Part shown: positions 1 to 10,931 of the stretch, piece after piece
How positions within the stretch are numbered: position 1 is the first letter of the stretch
Layout: each line of letters opens with the position of its first letter
Assembly: GCA_029953675.1 (NCBI GenBank)
Contig: JAMWBK010000003.1
Span: 1,612,001 to 1,676,000 of the forward strand
Direction: 5' to 3'
Length of the DNA: 64,000 nucleotides
Origin: Rhodosorus marinus CCMP1338
Taxonomy: Eukaryota; Plantae; Rhodophyta
Notes under the pieces: model-generated
The model's input: only the letters and a program-made list of their open reading frames with translations
Told to the model about the DNA's origin: nothing
Database searches by the model: none
Made by a program: the position numbers and the translations under genes

Positions 1-1135
1 CAACTTCAAGAACTCCGCCACTAACAAACGCCATCGAATCAATCTCACCCACACACCTAATCCTGCTCCAAAATTTTATTTTGAAGCCACAAAATTTTCA
101 AGAAAAGAATTCTCACTTCAAAGACCTCAAAAACTAGACACAAGCAAAGTCACCGCACGCCCTCCCCGCCTCCTAAAAAACTAAAAGATCTCGTCCTAAT
201 ATCCCCTTTCACACACCAACCTCTTCATCCCCATCAAATTTCGAACCCCTGAAATTGCACACCCACAAAGCGCCTCTTCATCATCCCCCTTTTCACGCCA
301 TGTAGAAAACATAATTAATTAAAGAAAAAATCCACAAACAGCCTGTCTTATCTTAAGGACAGATTGTCCACTGACTCTCTCGGAGAATACGAAAAATAAA
401 TAAAACTTAATGCACAGCCTGTCAAACGCAAATTTGTTTTGGGACAGCCTGTCTGGAGCTGTCTTTAGTTGGATTTTTTGTTGTTTTTTTGGTTCGAGGG
501 TTGGTTCCCTGCTTTGGCCTTCAGTAATAGGTGAAGAGAGCTTAGCTCCGTACTCGTAGTGCTATTTTGTATAGTACAAGACTGATCAACCAGACCGATC
601 GAAATCAAGCAACATTGCCCCTAAAGCAGCCTACAAACCAGTCTGGTTTTTTTGTTCTTGCTTTGATAGTCTTGTACTCTGGTTTACACTGTCATCAGGT
701 TTAATGTCAAGCTAGAATAAATCTTTTTGGTATCTGATTAGACCGATCTATGCAGTGTGGTGCTTCTCCACGCGACCCCTCCGGCAGAAGTGCTGAAATT
801 GGAACCACAGATTTCAAGCAGCCGATTATTCGGTACGTTTGTACAGCTGGAGGGCCCATCGGGTGGTAGCGAAGCCCTTGTGCTCGAGACAAAAGTTCAG
901 GTGGCGATGCAGCAGAACCAACGGGCAGACTTTCCTAGAAAAACCCCGCTCTCCCACAGGCGCTGCTTGAGCTCATTATATCAGCGTTTAGAAGCTGCGT
1001 ACATTTGGCGTAAATGATTCCACAGGCGGTCCAGCCTTTAAAGCTTAAATAGTCGTTGATTACAGGTATGAGCAGCCCGCAAAGCGGACACGACCTGTAC
1101 TTCGCTGGACTTCTCAAGTTCTACCGCAAATTCCG

Positions 1136-2785
1136 TTATTGTTGCCAGCAGGAAGAGCTGATGCTCTTGCTCTTGTCAGATGCCGGCTGGGGCGTGCTCG
1201 AAGGCGTGGTCGATGGCGTAGTCGATGGCGTAGTCGATGGCGTACTTGTATGTGTCGCCTTGCGAGTCTGCCGAGGAGCCCGTGTGGCCTGACCTCTGCT
1301 TTTGCTTACTTCCATCTCGTGCAGCTTTTTGGCGAGCTTGTAATCCTCATCTTCGTCCTGATTTGAGCTGGACGCTTCACCGCCTGTGGTCGTACTGGGC
1401 TTGGGCGCCTTCGATTTGGGTTTTAAAACCTTCCGATTTTCCTCTGCTTGCAGACGCTCAGCCAGGTCTTGGTCTTTCCTATCCACTCCTCGGAATGGAT
1501 CATAAGCCTGTCATCCAGTGGACACGTTCAGCCCTTGGACAAGATTAAAAAAGTTGGCCTGGTAGATACTCACTACCAAGTCAAAGTTGAAGAATTGGGA
1601 TTCGCCATGAATCCCAATGAATTTGTCCCATACGATCTCCGGTTCGTGCAGATAACCCTGAAACATTGCAGTCCTACTTGTTACCAATTTGCCCAGGACG
1701 TTCCGAGCAAGCTTTTTGGCGCAACTTACCAGGTCGGAAACGAGCAGAAACAGTTTCCCGTCTCGTCTGGTCAAGGTCGAGAAGTGGTTGTTTCGGAAGA
1801 AGACGCAGATTTCGTTCTCTCCGACTACGGAAGACAGTGCGTGAAACCCGTGAAGGGTTAGCTGGGAAGGATTATCTTCCAGGAAGTCACGCGCCAGCTT
1901 TGCTATTACTTGTCTTTTTGAACTCTCTTCCGAATTCATCCCATTTTCCTGAGCATTTTTTCTTCATGCGTCAATAAACACTTTCCAGGAGCTTGCTGCG
2001 TTCAGTTCATACTCACCAGCTGCCCGTACTGGTCACTAGAAGCGGTAATAATCAGGTCCACTAGCTGATTATAGGACAACTTCGCAAAGGACTCAAAACT
2101 AGATGGATCTTGAGGATCAACGAGCCATCCGTGCACCAGTCGAACACGACACATATCAAAGCAGCTCAACTCTGGTGTAAACTCGAATGCATCCGGGGCA
2201 TTAAATCTCACATTCACATCGATTCCTGAGAAGCAAAAAAAACATGCGAGAGCAAAATTAGCAACTCTGCTGTCTACAAGCCTGCGCGGAGAATGATTAA
2301 ACAAAACCTACCGCTTTTCAGTTTCGGAAGCGTGGTGATCACATCGGCTAGATTCTGCTGTTCATTTGCTACAATTTCCTCGTCTCCTTCTCTAAGCAAT
2401 GGGTTCGCTCGAAATATGTATTCGGTGATCTTCCCAATGAGCATCTCCTCATTTACATAGGACATGTCCTCGTGGATATCAATATTCCCTCTAAGCAAAA
2501 GCGCATTCGCTGCAAAAACATATCCAACATAGAGCAACAGAGGCATTTCAGCAAAAATTCTGAACACATTCAATTGGCAAATACAGCCAAACGAACGCAT
2601 AGAGTATTTGATGCCACTCCCTTACAAATTGCCAGCAACGGACATGGCCCGTTCCTATTCTGGAGCAGAACAGCGTACTTCTTCCCAGTAGAACGCTCAG
2701 TTATCCACTTAATCCGATAGTTATCTTCAAATTCTTCACTCGGCATATTTACTCTTATCCTCTTCTGTCCATCTACAGCATCCAA
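1136..2785 (-). CDS. MINDY1: MINDY-1/2 (FAM63) family K48 deubiquitinase, multi-exon
   Basis: Exon 1 (2785-2626) has LLQNRNGPCPLLAI (catalytic Cys), followed by a GTAAG..CAG intron at 2625-2510. Later exons give LKSG/IDVNVRF, FEFTPELSCFD..LVHGWLVDPQ and VFFRNNHFSTL (catalytic His). The C-terminus has two MIU-like helices (DQDLAERLQAEE, EDYKLAKKLHEME). Confidence 0.93.
1203..1245. repeat. 12-bp coding tandem repeat (STTP)n in the MINDY tail
   Basis: About 3.5 copies of cgatggcgtagt; translates on the minus strand as STTPSTTPSTTPST. Confidence 0.85.
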
Positions 2786-3325
2786 TACTCTCTATCCGTC
2801 GCTTCCATCCACCCTTCCCCCCAAAACTATCTCAACCCTATCCTCTAGATTCCTTTAAATTCAATCCACAGCCTCCTCCATCCTCGTTGCTTGGAGTACC
2901 ATCCAGTACAATCGAGTACGTTAGATTTTATTATATTAAACTAATTAATTACCGATGACCTGGGCTTAGTACAATGTGTGTTGATACTATAAATAGGTTC
3001 CGCTGATATGTAGTATTGAAACTCATCATAGTACATCCTAGTACAATCATATTTTCATATTTCACAAACTACTTGTCTTTCTAGGATATAGTACAGGTGT
3101 CTGTGTCGTACTAGCGGATGGATATCCGAGCTTTGGTGTTCCTGAACCACGGCATCAACCGTACAATATTAGTGTCGAATAGTTTTTCATATTTTGCGTA
3201 ATTAAATGTAAGTTTTTCTGGATAGTAAACTTATCCAGCGTGCGGGCGAGGCTAGGGTTTCCGTAGCTGTTAGTCAATTCTCTTTTCTCGCTTGGGGAAC
3301 GACGGTCGGTGTCTCCCAGCATCAC

Positions 3326-3764
3326 TTACATTGGCTGGTTGCGCTCTCTCTCAGCAGGTTTCTTGTAGAGACGCTGGACCTGCACGACGATCCCCAGAGG
3401 CTGTGTCTTTTCCGTTGGTCGACTTCTACTGTTGCATCCGTTGTCACTGAACATGGATTGGAGCCATGTCCTGTGTGTTGTCACGATCAATAGCCATCGC
3501 TGTTTCGGAACTCTCCTGAGATGCTGGTCGAGAAGCCCGACCCGCACATCCATACGAGTTGCTCTACTGGTAGTCGAAGCGACTTACCATGGTTGACTCC
3601 GAGCTCCTCTGCGATGTAGATTGGAGCCGCTCAAGTACATCATTGGCTCGTTCGGAAAGCATAGGCGACTTAGTTTGGTTCTCGTCTGTGATGATAGATT
3701 GGAGAGGCTCAAGTACATCATTGGCACGTTCGAAGCGCATAGGTATCAACTGAGGTAAATGCAT
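3326..3764 (-). CDS. Possible small orphan protein with an internal 26-codon repeat (structure uncertain)
   Basis: ATG at 3764 and an in-frame 78-bp duplication (PMRFERANDVLEPLQSI / PMLSERANDVLERLQST). A candidate GTAAGT donor follows ..STM and a candidate CAG acceptor leads into the 3326-3553 ORF. No recognisable domain. Confidence 0.3.
3617..3743. repeat. Imperfect direct repeat, 49-bp unit, 78-bp period
   Basis: tagattggag..ctcaagtacatcattggc.cgttcg....gcatagg at 3617-3665 and 3695-3743. Confidence 0.85.
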
Positions 3765-3850
3765 TATTTTTATTGACTGTGGCTTATGGACTGTGCAAAC
3801 ATGCTTGCGAAATATGGTTCCTTCCTCTTACAAGGAAAAAAAACCGCTAA

Positions 3851-4567
3851 TCAGCATAGTTTTGAAACGTCCATGTTTAGATATTCTTTCTCGTGTTTCG
3901 TGACATATGCTTTCGTCTCCTTGGTCTCTTCCTCGAGCATGGAGATGAACGTCATTTGACTTCTCCAGTAGGCCACATACGCAGTATTGAACATGACTTT
4001 TCTCTTGCTGTACACGCGCTTCATCTTAGTTAGAAGGGAGTCGGACATGGCGATGTAGTTCTTCCTCAACACCTCCGTGCTTTCCTCGAATCTCGCGATC
4101 TTCTCGTGGTCAACGCGTTTGGCCCTTTCCAGGTGAGATATCTTCTCGACCCCAGCTTTGTAGTTCGCATACGCCTCTTCCAAGTACTTGGACTCCTTGA
4201 GCACTGCGTTGATTTCAACAAGGTATTCCTGAACCTTAAAATCCATTCTCCTGCCCGGAAGTGTCAGATCTTCGTTGCTGTAGGTCTTCGCAATGTTGTT
4301 GCAATGTTCAGATCCCTGCTTGAACACCTGCCTGTATTCATCATCGTCAGGATAGACATTTGCGAAGTTCTCAAACTGAAACTTTATTCCTCGGTAAAGC
4401 TTTGCCCATTGCTGCTGGCTCCAGATGATACTATTAGAGCTCTCCTCAAGAGCGCTGGATATGTTGCACAACCTCTGCACATACTCGTCAATATCACTAT
4501 TTCCAGTCGGTGCAGGGCCATTGACCTTACGCTGCACAGACCTCTTGAAATTCGTGATCATTCCCAT
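3851..4567 (-). CDS. BAR-domain-like all-helical protein, 238 aa, intronless
   Basis: Uninterrupted ATG-to-stop ORF with long amphipathic helices of BAR-domain length and an amphipathic N-terminus (MGMITNFKRSVQRKV). A C/A-rich leader upstream is typical of minus-strand genes here. The fold is inferred. Confidence 0.65.
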   Translation of the reverse strand: MGMITNFKRSVQRKVNGPAPTGNSDIDEYVQRLCNISSALEESSNSIIWSQQQWAKLYRGIKFQFENFANVYPDDDEYRQVFKQGSEHCNNIAKTYSNEDLTLPGRRMDFKVQEYLVEINAVLKESKYLEEAYANYKAGVEKISHLERAKRVDHEKIARFEESTEVLRKNYIAMSDSLLTKMKRVYSKRKVMFNTAYVAYWRSQMTFISMLEEETKETKAYVTKHEKEYLNMDVSKLC

Positions 4568-5725
4568 CCTAGCAAATAACTCAGGTCCAACACTCAGTCC
4601 ACTAGCCAGCTCCTATCACCCAATACCAACCAACGCCCACTCTCCCATCAACAGCTTAACCAAGCTAACCCCCATCCTTCACATGCATGCCCCTTTTCCA
4701 TTTCAACCCTAAACTCCTGAAAATCGGTGTCCCCATATCTTCCCGACCGATGCAAATCAATTTTACACAAAAGTTTTGTTCGAGTTCTACCAGTCAACAG
4801 TACCCAAAGAAAACGGCTAGTTTTCTAATTTAAATTTCAACAGCAGCCAATGAAAAGGATTGGAATTTTTATTGTAATATTATATATAGGTATGAAATCT
4901 TAACGCCTAGTTTTTAATACTCGAAGAGGGATCGGGAAGGTTTTGGAAATCGATCGTATCCCGAATTCAACAGGCTTGCATGATGAATTCGGTCTGGGCG
5001 TTCTATCAGTCATTCCTGCGCGAGCCTCCAAATCTGCTTAAACTGGACTGATTTCGTGGAATCGAAAAAAACACAAGCGATACCTGCATGGCATGCATCG
5101 TTCCAAATCGTGGAACTACAGGTCATGTGTAACCTAGTAGTTAGTTTCTGAGCACTTCGCGTCTAGCTCTGGTCTACACGCTAGTGGTTTTTCACTTGTA
5201 AAGGCAAGTGCAGAATCTGACTTCAGGTGAACAATTCGTGTTAACCATATCGTGTTTCCCCTAGCAGCTTATCCGTGCCAGAGGCCCTTGTGCGATTAAG
5301 TATGCTTCAGTTTAGGTTGCGGGAGACTGACGACTGGCATTTTTCAATACCACCATGCATGCACCTTCGCACGTCTCCGGCGTCGTCATATGGATGTGTG
5401 ATACATATCAACGACGTCCTGCGTGTCCCCTGCTGCGCAAAAACCCCGGATTTGGGAATGCGGTTGCCGAGGGATTCTCTAACAATAGGACATCTATTTG
5501 ACCTTTCAGCTAGACTTCAGTATTATTTCTTGGTAATCCGTTCCATGCCCGTTACTCCGACGCGGTGGGTATCACTTGTGGTCGAAAGGTGAATTCAATT
5601 TTTTTTGTTCCAACGGTTGTTGTACACCTCGAGGGTCTATTTTTACAATGCCCCCAAAGGTTAGCGTCTTCAAGCGCAAGTCAATATTTGCATTGCCTCT
5701 TTTGGAATTTATGAAGGGTCCAATT

Positions 5726-8423
5726 TCAGCTGATTATGTTCACCCCTTTCGCTGTCCTAATGTAGTTATCGTAAAATTCAATCTGTTGTGTGCTTGTTCG
5801 CGGTTTGACACGCGCCAATGCAGTTTCGTAGTGGTGTGGTAGGACTTCTCGTGCATTGGCCACGTCCTCTTCCATTGCGACGAGCGCGGCCTGGAAAATG
5901 TTAGCTATTTTGTCAGCCAGTGGAAGGAAAACCCGTCCTACAAAAAAATAGGGAGATATTACACGGTTAAATAACCTACCTCACGCACAAGCGCAGCTAT
6001 CTCCGCCCCGCTGTATCCCTCCATCCGTTCAGCGAGAGACGCGACGTTTACCCTCGCGCAGGGCTGCGTGCGCATATGGATCCTGAGAATTTGACTCCTG
6101 GCATCCAAGTCCGGCAATCCAACATAAACCAGAGAATCAATTCTTCCCGGTCGGAGCAAGGCCTGGTCGATCATATCCGGACGATTTGTTGCACACATAA
6201 TGACGACCGATGTCTTGGAGTCTGCAGCGATGCCGTCCATTTCCACAAGAAGCTGAGCGAGAACTCTGTCCTCCGGCCCGCCCCTACCCCTGGAACCAGC
6301 CAGTGCATCCACCTCGTCGAAGAATATGACTGAAGGAGCGACCGATCTCGCCCGACGAAATATTGACCGGACTGCTTTTTCGGAATCGCCAACATATTTG
6401 GACAGCAGCTCCGGGCCTTTGACTGAGAGAAAGTTCACCTTCGCTTCCGTGGCTACGGCCTGGGCCAATAAAGTCTTGCTACACCCCGGGGGTCCGAACA
6501 GAAGCACCCCAGCGGGAGGGCTGATTCCTAAGTCTTCAAACTGTTGTGAGTTCGTTGCAACTGCCCAGCGAACAGCTTCCTTGAGTCGAAGCTTAGCCTC
6601 CTCATTCCCACCAACGTCTTCCCAGTTCACCCTCGGCGTCTCCACGGATACATCTCGAAGAGCGCTTGGTTTTGTAGCCCGAAGACCATTGAAAAGGTCT
6701 TCTTTCCAGACAGTTGTGCAGCTGGTGTTTCTCATGATTGAAGATCTCACTGCCTCTCTCCAAAGGCCGGCCAAATCTGCTCCCACGTATCCATGCGCAA
6801 CATTCGCTACATCCTGAACGTCTTCCATAGTGAACTCGATGTCCTCTTCTTTGCACTGTCCAGAGAAGCAAGCCGGGGGGGATTCTGAGACCACAAGTCA
6901 TCAAAGTGTGTTCTATGAAGGCTGACTTACCTGAGCGGCGTAGGCTTTGAGGATTTGAAATCTGGCTTCTGACGATGGAACAGCAACCTCAATCTCTCGA
7001 TCAAACCTTCCCGCTCTCCTCATTGCGCCGTCCAGAGCATCTGGACGGTTAGTCGTTCCGATCACGAACACGCCCGATTCTACTCCATCCATACAGGTCA
7101 GCAGAGTCGTCGTCATCCGAATATCCGCATCAGAAGCATCGAAATCGTCTCGTCGCACGCATATTGCGTCTACCTCATCCAGGACAATCACACAAGGCTT
7201 CTCCCTCGCTGCTTTCTTGAAAATCTGCTGAAGGCTCCTCTCCGAGTCGCCTGTTAGACCAGATGCTCCACTATCAGTTTTCATCATTCACAACAAGCAT
7301 GTGCTAGTTTCCTGGAAAACCTCACACCTAGTAAGCTTCCTAGCAGCTCTGCGCTATTGACGAACTCCATTGCTCCATTGGTCTCTTCTGCAATCTGAAC
7401 AGCGAGCAAGGTTTTTCCCGTACCTGGCGGACCATACAGCAGCGCTCCCTTCGGACGAACAACTCCACTGTTAGATTCGATTCCCAAGTTATCATTTGCG
7501 ATGCCTGCTGCCCATAAAAGATCGCGTAGGGCTATACTTTCACTGTCTAGGCCCATGACTGGCTGTCGAGTTGGAGCCCTTACAATACCACCCAGACTTG
7601 ATCTCAGCTTCTGAGCTCCAGGCTTACCCGCGCCGTTGCCTCTCTGCGCATTTGCTTGCACAAACAATGTATCGGAGCACACCTTCGATATGAAAGAAAG
7701 TCCTTCGCATGTTGCTCCTGGGCTGTCCAGTTCTGAGATCACATTATCGATTGTTGCCGAGATTTGTCGCCCGCAGTAGGTAGTGGAGAATCGGTGCCCC
7801 TCCATGATCATTACATTCTGGAGCTTGTCCTTAATGTCAACCAAACTTGCTTCAGGAATATCTGAATCTGAGCTGAGCACAACTCGTCTAGCAAGAAGAG
7901 GATGATCCGAAGGAACTACGGAAAGGGATAGTCGAGCATAGTTAGGCAAAGTCTTCGAGACTGTGCTCTTTGTGGCAGGGCTCGAGTTCCCCTTCCTGCC
8001 ACTAGACGATCTTCTGGATTTCGCAGGGCTAGCCTTGGATGGCGACATCTGTTTCGGAGGTGGACCATATTCAGAGTACGGAATCCCCAAGGACGCAAAA
8101 CAAATCTCAGGCAGCGCGACGTAAGCCCTCGGAACACTCTTCAGGGGCCAAGCAATGGCCAAACATCTCCTGTTCCCTATCGATAACGAGCCGATCTCTT
8201 CTGCAAGGTCGCTATCGTTCCCAGAACTCTTAAACTCGAATAGTATCGTCTGACCGAGACGACAATTATTCTCCAAGAGGTCACCAACATACATACACGC
8301 CACTCCAACATCCCTCAGATATTCCGGCGGTGGGCCGGGAACAGGTCGACCCTTTTGAGGCCGTAAACAGACATCGAGACTCAAGAGCTTAAACTCAAAA
8401 GCCTCAGAACTATCCATTTTCAT
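5726..8423 (-). CDS. AFG2: AFG2/Drg1/SPATA5-family double AAA+ ATPase (60S maturation), multi-exon
   Basis: D1 Walker A ALLYGPPGTGKT and Walker B VIVLDEVD. D2 has GVLLFGPPGCSKT (AFG2-type), IFFDEVDAL and ATNRPDMIDQALLRPGRID. Last exon AALVAMEED..RTAKGVNIIS* stops at 5726. SPATA5 versus SPATA5L1 not resolved. Confidence 0.9.
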
Positions 8424-8580
8424 CCATCAAGTATGAAGCAGCCCCCTTATTCACCTCAAGCTCTACCCCCTTAACTCAAGGATCAACAGCCAGAAACTTC
8501 ACGGTCGATACTCGTGAAACCCACTCTACGGCTGATGAAGACCAACTGATGAAAGATGAGAGATCATTGATGACGAAAGA

Positions 8581-9950
8581 ATGAGTTTTGAACTGGATTA
8601 CACAGCGTACTTACGCGCAAAAGTAGCAATCGATGATGAAGCTCTTAACAAACGTGTTTATGGCTCATTCGTATCGCACTTGGAAGCGTTGTCAGTCTCG
8701 AAGAGTGGTCCGCTGCGCATACTCGAAGTCGCTGGAGGCATCGGGACGATGATTGTTCGCGTAAGAGTCTGGTCTTGCTCACTTAATGAGCGGAGTTCCG
8801 ATTACTTGCCAGATCCTAAGCGGGTACTTGTGCCTATTTCACTCCCTTCTTAGATCTGTCGAGACTCTCCCTCGCTGCTTGGGAAGAAAGTCTGCTATGA
8901 TCTTGTTGACGTGAAGAAAAGCAACCTGTGGTCGGCGGCCGAGTACTTACGAGAGAATATCGTCAAGGAGGGAGAGACGTTCAGTGTATTTGATGGTCTA
9001 GATAGTTTGGGCAGCGCGAAAGAGCAGTTTGGTTATTCAATAGGCAGCCACTATGCATCGAGCCGCGGAGATGGCCACATATCCTGTGTTCTAGGTGACC
9101 TTCAGGTAAATCTTATCTGTAGTGACGGTCTGGAATACGCCAGCAAGGTGCGCTTTTCAAGAAGAACTGTAGAGCGCTAAGCTCCTTGTTCGCTGAGATA
9201 TCTGAGTTTTCTGGTTCTGCTTTGTGGTGTCAGAACCGGATATACGACGTGGTGATATCTGCAGCGTTCTTAGACCTTGTAGACATCGATTCAGCAGTTA
9301 TGGACTTGAGCTCGGCGATGTGTGAATCCTCACTGCTGTATCTGCCCATCAACTTTGATGGTGTAACTCACTTCGAGCCGGACGTCCCCACATGCGCCGA
9401 AGAGGGTTTTGCAAGTCTGGTCGAGGAAAGATTTCACCTGGCGATGGGCTCGCCGTCTGGCTACTCTCGCAGTCGCACTGGGAGGAAGCTGATGAGATCC
9501 TTCGCAAGGGCAGAGGAAGTCTCTCTGGAGTCATTTGGTAGCTCTTCTTGGGCGGTCTTTCCATACAAGGGTAAGGATTCTTGCCAGGAGCCCAACCACC
9601 CTACCTAACAGCAGCTTACGGCAGAAAGAGTCCTCTAACCTAATCCACCAGGAGCTTACAAGGAGGACGAAAAGTATTTCCTGCACAGTATCCTGACGTT
9701 CATGGAAGAAACCCTAAGACAGGATGATACCCTTGACAATAGGCTGCTATCAGAGTGAGTCGAAACTTGTGTGGAGTCTCATGCATGCCCAACAGCATTT
9801 CCCTCCGCTGAAACATAAGTTCGTCTACCCTGCAAAATCCCGCGCAGTTACATCGAAGGGAGAAGAACTCAAATCAAAAACGCTCAACTCTTCTACCTTG
9901 CTCATAACGTCGACTACTTGGCTGTGAAGTCATTGCCTTCAAAGGCATGA
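8581..9950 (+). CDS. Class I SAM-dependent methyltransferase-like protein of prokaryotic type, 5 exons, 338 aa
   Basis: Exons 8581-8760, 8854-9147, 9234-9570, 9652-9754 and 9848-9950 join in frame (1017 nt) through four GT-AG introns of 93, 86, 81 and 93 nt. Motif I ILEVAGGIGTM, motif II YDLVD, then YDVVISAAFLDLVD and LLYLPINFDGVTHFEP. Confidence 0.85.
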
Positions 9951-10671
9951 CAAAACAGCCGTAACACAGCTCAACGATGTCAACATCGAATACTTCGAAA
10001 ATCTTCAGATCAAAGCTATACAGAGATTACAATCAGAGGTCCGGCCTGCTTCTACCCCTGCGTTTATATTGTGCGAGGTATGGTACGTACGTGTTGACTT
10101 GGTGTCCCACGTGAGGTAAATAGCCGAATGTGTTTCGTCACGTAGGCCTCCCAAATGGGATGAGGCCTATCCCCAATGAACAAGGTTGCAGAACCCATCC
10201 CGGTCAAAATCCACTAACCTCTAAAGCAAAAATGGAGGCGTGCTCTCGGTCTGTTGCCTAAGGTCCAATTCGCTGGCCTTAAGTTCCCAATTAAGCCGAC
10301 CTGTCTACTAACCACAAGAAGCAAAAAAATTCTTGGAGCGGAATACCAAGGTAGTCAGTGCAGATAGAAAGCATTTCTAGGCCCATACCACCACACTAAG
10401 AAGCGCAGAGCCTGGACTGTTATCTTAGTAAAGATCGGAGTATCCTATCAATCAAATCGCGTTTACTGTCAGCTCGAAAAATTGTATAAAAAAGAGTATT
10501 AGAGGTTCACGTGGAGCCATGGCCAATAATACTCACAAGTCGTTGATGTTTCTTTTGTATTTCAAGTTCGGTTTGGGTTTGGCCAGGTAAATATTTTGAA
10601 ATTTCATTCACCTTCCTTTCGTGACGGCTGACACTGTTGCTAAAGAGACACTGGTATTTAACGGACTGGTT

Positions 10672-10716
10672 TGGAGGTTGGAGAGGTTGGAGAGGTTGAA
10701 GAGGTTGGAGAGGTTT
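10672..10716. repeat. 9-bp minisatellite (gagaggttg)n in a G-rich leader
   Basis: ggaggttg gagaggttg gagaggttg aagaggttg gagaggttt. Confidence 0.8.
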
Positions 10717-10931
10717 TGGGAGTGTTGAAGAAGAGCGTATTGGTTCTTGAGGGTATTTAGAAAGTATGGCGAGAACAAGAGAGATTGGATGGAGTTCTCT
10801 TCTTGTAGAATTGGAAGATGGTAGTTTTGATGTGGATCAGGATGATGTTGTTGAGCGATCTCATGAGTCGGGTTTGGAGGTATTATTTGTTTTTGTGTGA
10901 ATGCGGTTTGAATTGTCAGGTTCGAATCTTG

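Noticed and set aside
750-1017. Small plus-strand ORFs, including a possible 51-aa spliced peptide (GTACGT donor at 833, acceptor at 900)
   Set aside because: No branch point or homology recognised, and it abuts the MINDY 3' end; too weak to call.
5275-5842. Plus-strand ORFs of 105 and 88 aa
   Set aside because: Non-ATG or weak starts, overlap with the AFG2 last exon and 3' UTR on the opposite strand, and no domain.
10919-10930. GGTTCGAATC resembling a tRNA T-loop/B-box (similar words near 26595 and 61918)
   Set aside because: No A-box, no T-stem pairing and no cloverleaf; not a tRNA.
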